24,000 nt of DNA from assembly GCF_000027325.1 (NCBI RefSeq), contig NC_000908.2, positions 259,428 through 283,427 of the forward strand. Direction: 5' to 3'. Under the pieces are notes generated by a model. The model did no database searches, had not been told where the DNA came from, and saw only the letters and a list, made by a program, of their open reading frames with translations. This DNA is from Mycoplasmoides genitalium G37. GTDB lineage: Bacteria; Bacillota_I; Bacilli_A; Mycoplasmatales; Mycoplasmoidaceae. The translations under genes and the position numbers were made by a program. This document shows positions 21,248 through 24,000 of the stretch, piece by piece (position 1 is the stretch's first letter; the number at the start of each line of letters is the position of its first letter).

Positions 21248-21659
21248 TTATGTGAAGGTATTAGAACAAAACAATCTGCGCTTAACAAAACCGCGGATTG
21301 CTTTATTAAAGTGTTTAATTGAACACCAAGATTGGCATAATCTCTCCCAAATTAAAACCCACCTTGATTTAGCCAATCAACCCTCAACACTCGCTTCTAT
21401 CTACAACAACTTAAGAATCCTAGCTAAACTTAAACTGATTAACATCTTTGTAGATCCAGAGCGGTTTGAAACTTACTATTGCCTGCGCCATGCAGAGCAT
21501 AACCATATCTATCTTTTTGATGAAGTTAAACAGCAGTTTTTTACCTTACCTTTAACAGATGGCCAAATTAAAACATTGCTTGAAACCCAAAACCATACCA
21601 GTAAGGTAAAGCTTAATGATTTTTATATTGTTGCTAGGGGTGAGATAAACAATGATTAA
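21237..21659 (+). CDS. Fur-family-like transcriptional regulator (MG236), about 140 aa
   Basis: The N-terminus [22 protein letters not shown]...[17 protein letters not shown] resembles the Fur winged helix (L.xT.qR..iL..L ... TVYRtL..l...Gli). An HAEHNH cluster follows. ATG 21237 is preferred to the track's GTG at 21189. Overlaps nfo by 11 nt. Confidence 0.65.
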
Positions 21660-22536
21660 CAAACCAAACCAATTTTTAAACCACCTTGATGGCTTAAAGC
21701 AACATTTTTCTGATTATGATTCACTACAAAAATCCTTTAAGAAATATCTATCAGAAAATCAAACTGAACTTAACAATTTCTTTTTTAACCAGTTTGAAAA
21801 GATCATTGTTCTGGTCAAAAAAAAGGAGTTTAAAACTGCTCAAGAGAGGTGTGAAGAGGAGTTAGCTACCCCTTATTTTTCAAAGCCATTGGTTGGTTTT
21901 TTCCAATCACTATTACAACTAATTAACCATGATCTCATCGAACAGAAAAACCAACAGTTAGCTAACATGAGTTGTGAAAAAATTGTGGAGATGGTGTTAA
22001 GTGATTACCCCAATAAACTTAACTTAATCCACTATTTGTTAGCAAAAGAAGCGAGTTTTGTAAACCCTAACCTTTTACAGCGGATGACTTTTGTGTTAAC
22101 TGATCTTGAACTGTTAGAGTTAAAGCGTTTCTCTTTTTTTAAAGCCCTTAACCAGATACCTGCTTTTAAAAACCACAAAGTAACATACTTTAACAGCAAA
22201 CTCAAACAGAAGTTTGTAATAACATTAGGTGAATTTGCTTTCCCCCAAACTGATAAAACCAAACAGTTTTTCCAACAACTAATTAAAAAAGTAAGTCAAC
22301 TGTTTTTAAAAGAACCTGTTAGTTGTGAATTTGCTTATGAAATTATTGATGCATTACTCGTCAGTTTTTTTCCACTCCATCCTAATTTAGAAGTAAACCA
22401 CTTAGCTAAAAAGATCCACCAGTATGTTAGTAAGATTGTCATTAATGAAGTTGTTGATCTGAAAGATCCAACCACTAAACTAATTGTTGATACACTTTAT
22501 GAACAGTTAGATAGAGCAATTGGTGAGGAAAATTAA
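21652..22536 (+). CDS. Conserved hypothetical protein MG237, 294 aa, function unknown
   Basis: Uninterrupted ORF overlapping the previous gene by 8 nt. Helix-prone and soluble-looking composition. I recognise no catalytic or binding motif. Confidence 0.75.
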
Positions 22537-22565
22537 AATTAAGTTAGCACTAGTAGATACAAAAG

Positions 22566-23900
22566 ATGAAGTTATACAAAGTTCTTAACAGTAAAACAAC
22601 TGATAAAAGTCTTTGTTTGGAAGTTGAGATTGATCCAAATTACTGACAAGCTACCCAAAAAAAACTAGTAGGTGAAATGGCTAAATCGATAAAAATTAAG
22701 GGTTTTCGTCCCGGTAAAATCCCCCCTAATTTAGCCAGTCAGTCGATTAATAAAGCTGAATTAATGCAAAAAAGTGCCCAAAACGTCATGAACAGTATTT
22801 ATGAATCAGTTCAACAAGAAGAGATCGTTGCTAGTAATGATAATGTCATTGATGATTATCCTACCATTGATTTCAAAACGATCACTGAACAAAACTGTGT
22901 ACTTTTGTTTTACTTTGATCTGATCCCTAACTTTCAACTCCCTGATTACAAAAAGATAAAAGATTTAACACCACTTACCAAGTTAACTGAAGCTGAATTT
23001 AACAACGAAATTGAAAAGCTGGCAAAAACTAAAAGCACAATGGTAGATGTTAGTGATAAAAAACTAGCTAATGGTGATATTGCTATCATTGATTTCACTG
23101 GGATAGTTGATAACAAAAAACTAGCATCAGCTTCAGCACAAAACTATGAATTGACAATTGGTTCAAATAGCTTTATTAAGGGTTTTGAAACCGGGTTAAT
23201 AGCAATGAAAGTTAACCAGAAAAAAACTTTAGCACTAACTTTTCCTAGTGATTATCATGTTAAGGAGTTGCAATCAAAACCAGTTACATTTGAAGTAGTT
23301 TTAAAAGCAATTAAAAAACTGGAATTCACCCCAATGGATGAAACTAATTTCAAATCCTTTCTCCCTGAACAATTCCAAAGCTTTACTTCTCTAAAGGCAT
23401 TTAAGAGTTATTTTCATAAGCTAATGGAAAACAAAAAACAAGAGACAATTCTCCAGGAGAATAACCAAAAAATTCGTCAGTTCTTACTTACTAATACCAA
23501 ACTTCCTTTTCTTCCAGAAGCGTTAATTAAACTAGAAGCTAACCGCTTGTTAAAGCTCCAGCAAAGCCAAGCTGAACAATATAAAATCCCCTTTGAAAAA
23601 CTCTTAAGTGCTTCTAATATCACCCTAACAGAGTTACAAGATCGCAACATAAAAGAAGCTAAGGAAAATGTTACCTTTGCTTTGGTAATGAAAAAGATAG
23701 CTGACATTGAAAAGATTAAGGTTGATAATAACAAGATTAAAGCTGAAATTGAAAATGTTATTGCTGTTGAATATCCCTTTGCTAGTGATGAAATGAAAAA
23801 ACAACTCTTTTTTAATATGGAACAACAAAAGGAGTTTGTGGAATCAATTATCATCAACAGATTAACAACAACTAAAATCGTTAGCTATTCAACTCATTAG
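22566..23900 (+). CDS. tig: Trigger factor (MG238), 444 aa
   Basis: ATG 22566, reading through TGA at 22644-22646 into track ORF 22677-23900. Contains the ribosome-binding signature GFRPGKIP and an FKBP-like middle domain (DFTG...GF..GLIGMK-type). Confidence 0.93.
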
Positions 23901-23923
23901 CACTCAAAGCTTGTGAGTGCTAA
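23897..23923 (+). promoter_or_regulatory. CIRCE operator (HrcA binding site) upstream of lon
   Basis: TTAGCACTC-N9-GAGTGCTAA is a perfect match to the CIRCE consensus inverted repeat. It overlaps the tig stop codon (TAG 23898-23900). Confidence 0.9.
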
Positions 23924-23929
23924 GAAATG

Positions 23930-23938
23930 TGTTAAAAT
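23930..23938 (+). promoter_or_regulatory. Extended -10 element of the lon promoter
   Basis: TGtTAAAAT lies 6 nt downstream of CIRCE and 30 nt upstream of the lon ATG. Confidence 0.6.
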
Positions 23939-23968
23939 TTATTGAAATTCCCTAATTAACTTTTAAAT

Positions 23969-24000
23969 ATGCCCGTTACGAAGAAAAGTCAGATCTTAGT
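23969..24000 (+). CDS. lon: ATP-dependent protease Lon (MG239), first 10 codons only
   Basis: ATG 23969, then MPVTKKSQIL..., open to the window end. Position after tig and behind CIRCE matches the M. genitalium gene order as I recall it. Confidence 0.7.
   Translation, partial: MPVTKKSQIL

Noticed and set aside
22544-22551. A CIRCE-like half site, TTAGCACT, upstream of tig.
   Set aside because: There is no GAGTGCTAA partner 9 nt downstream, so it is a half site only and probably a chance match.

Overview
This AT-rich (~32% GC) window is best read with translation table 4 (TGA = Trp). I recognise it from memory as Mycoplasma (Mycoplasmoides) genitalium chromosome, syntenic with loci MG218 (hmw2, 5'-truncated) through MG239 (lon, 3'-truncated). 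Locus numbers and published protein lengths are recalled, not checked against a database.

The supplied ORF track uses the standard code, so it splits many genes at in-frame TGA codons. Rejoining same-frame fragments gives 23 tightly packed CDS, 22 on the + strand and 1 on the - strand. In order:
- terminal-organelle genes hmw2, P41 homologue and P24 homologue
- small membrane protein MG220 on the - strand
- a stand-alone tRNA-Arg(GCG)
- a minimal division cluster: mraZ, rsmH, MG223 (FtsA-like) and ftsZ
- two tandem paralogous permeases
- a non-coding MgPa-adhesin repeat (MgPar)
- a dNTP-supply cluster: thyA, folA, nrdF, nrdI and nrdE
- rplU, prp and rpmA
- nfo, a Fur-like regulator, orphan MG237, tig and lon

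Regulatory elements visible in the sequence are:
- a 4 x AAAGTG(T/G) 10-bp-period MraZ operator array
- a perfect CIRCE (HrcA) operator in front of lon
- extended -10 promoters
- two intrinsic terminators

I found no CRISPR array, IS element, prophage, toxin-antitoxin or defence-like module. I do not see a convincing previously undescribed system.

The most notable observations are:
- NrdF carries the V/P/K replacement of three metal-ligand glutamates, the signature of metal-free class Ie RNR.
- The MgPar recombination-donor fragment has an internal frameshift.
- The MraZ operator sits on the predicted transcription start.
- MG223, a candidate FtsA, has a decayed nucleotide-binding motif.
- The FtsZ signature motif is altered.
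- The Fur-like protein has no Cys.
- MG237 and MG220 remain uncharacterised.
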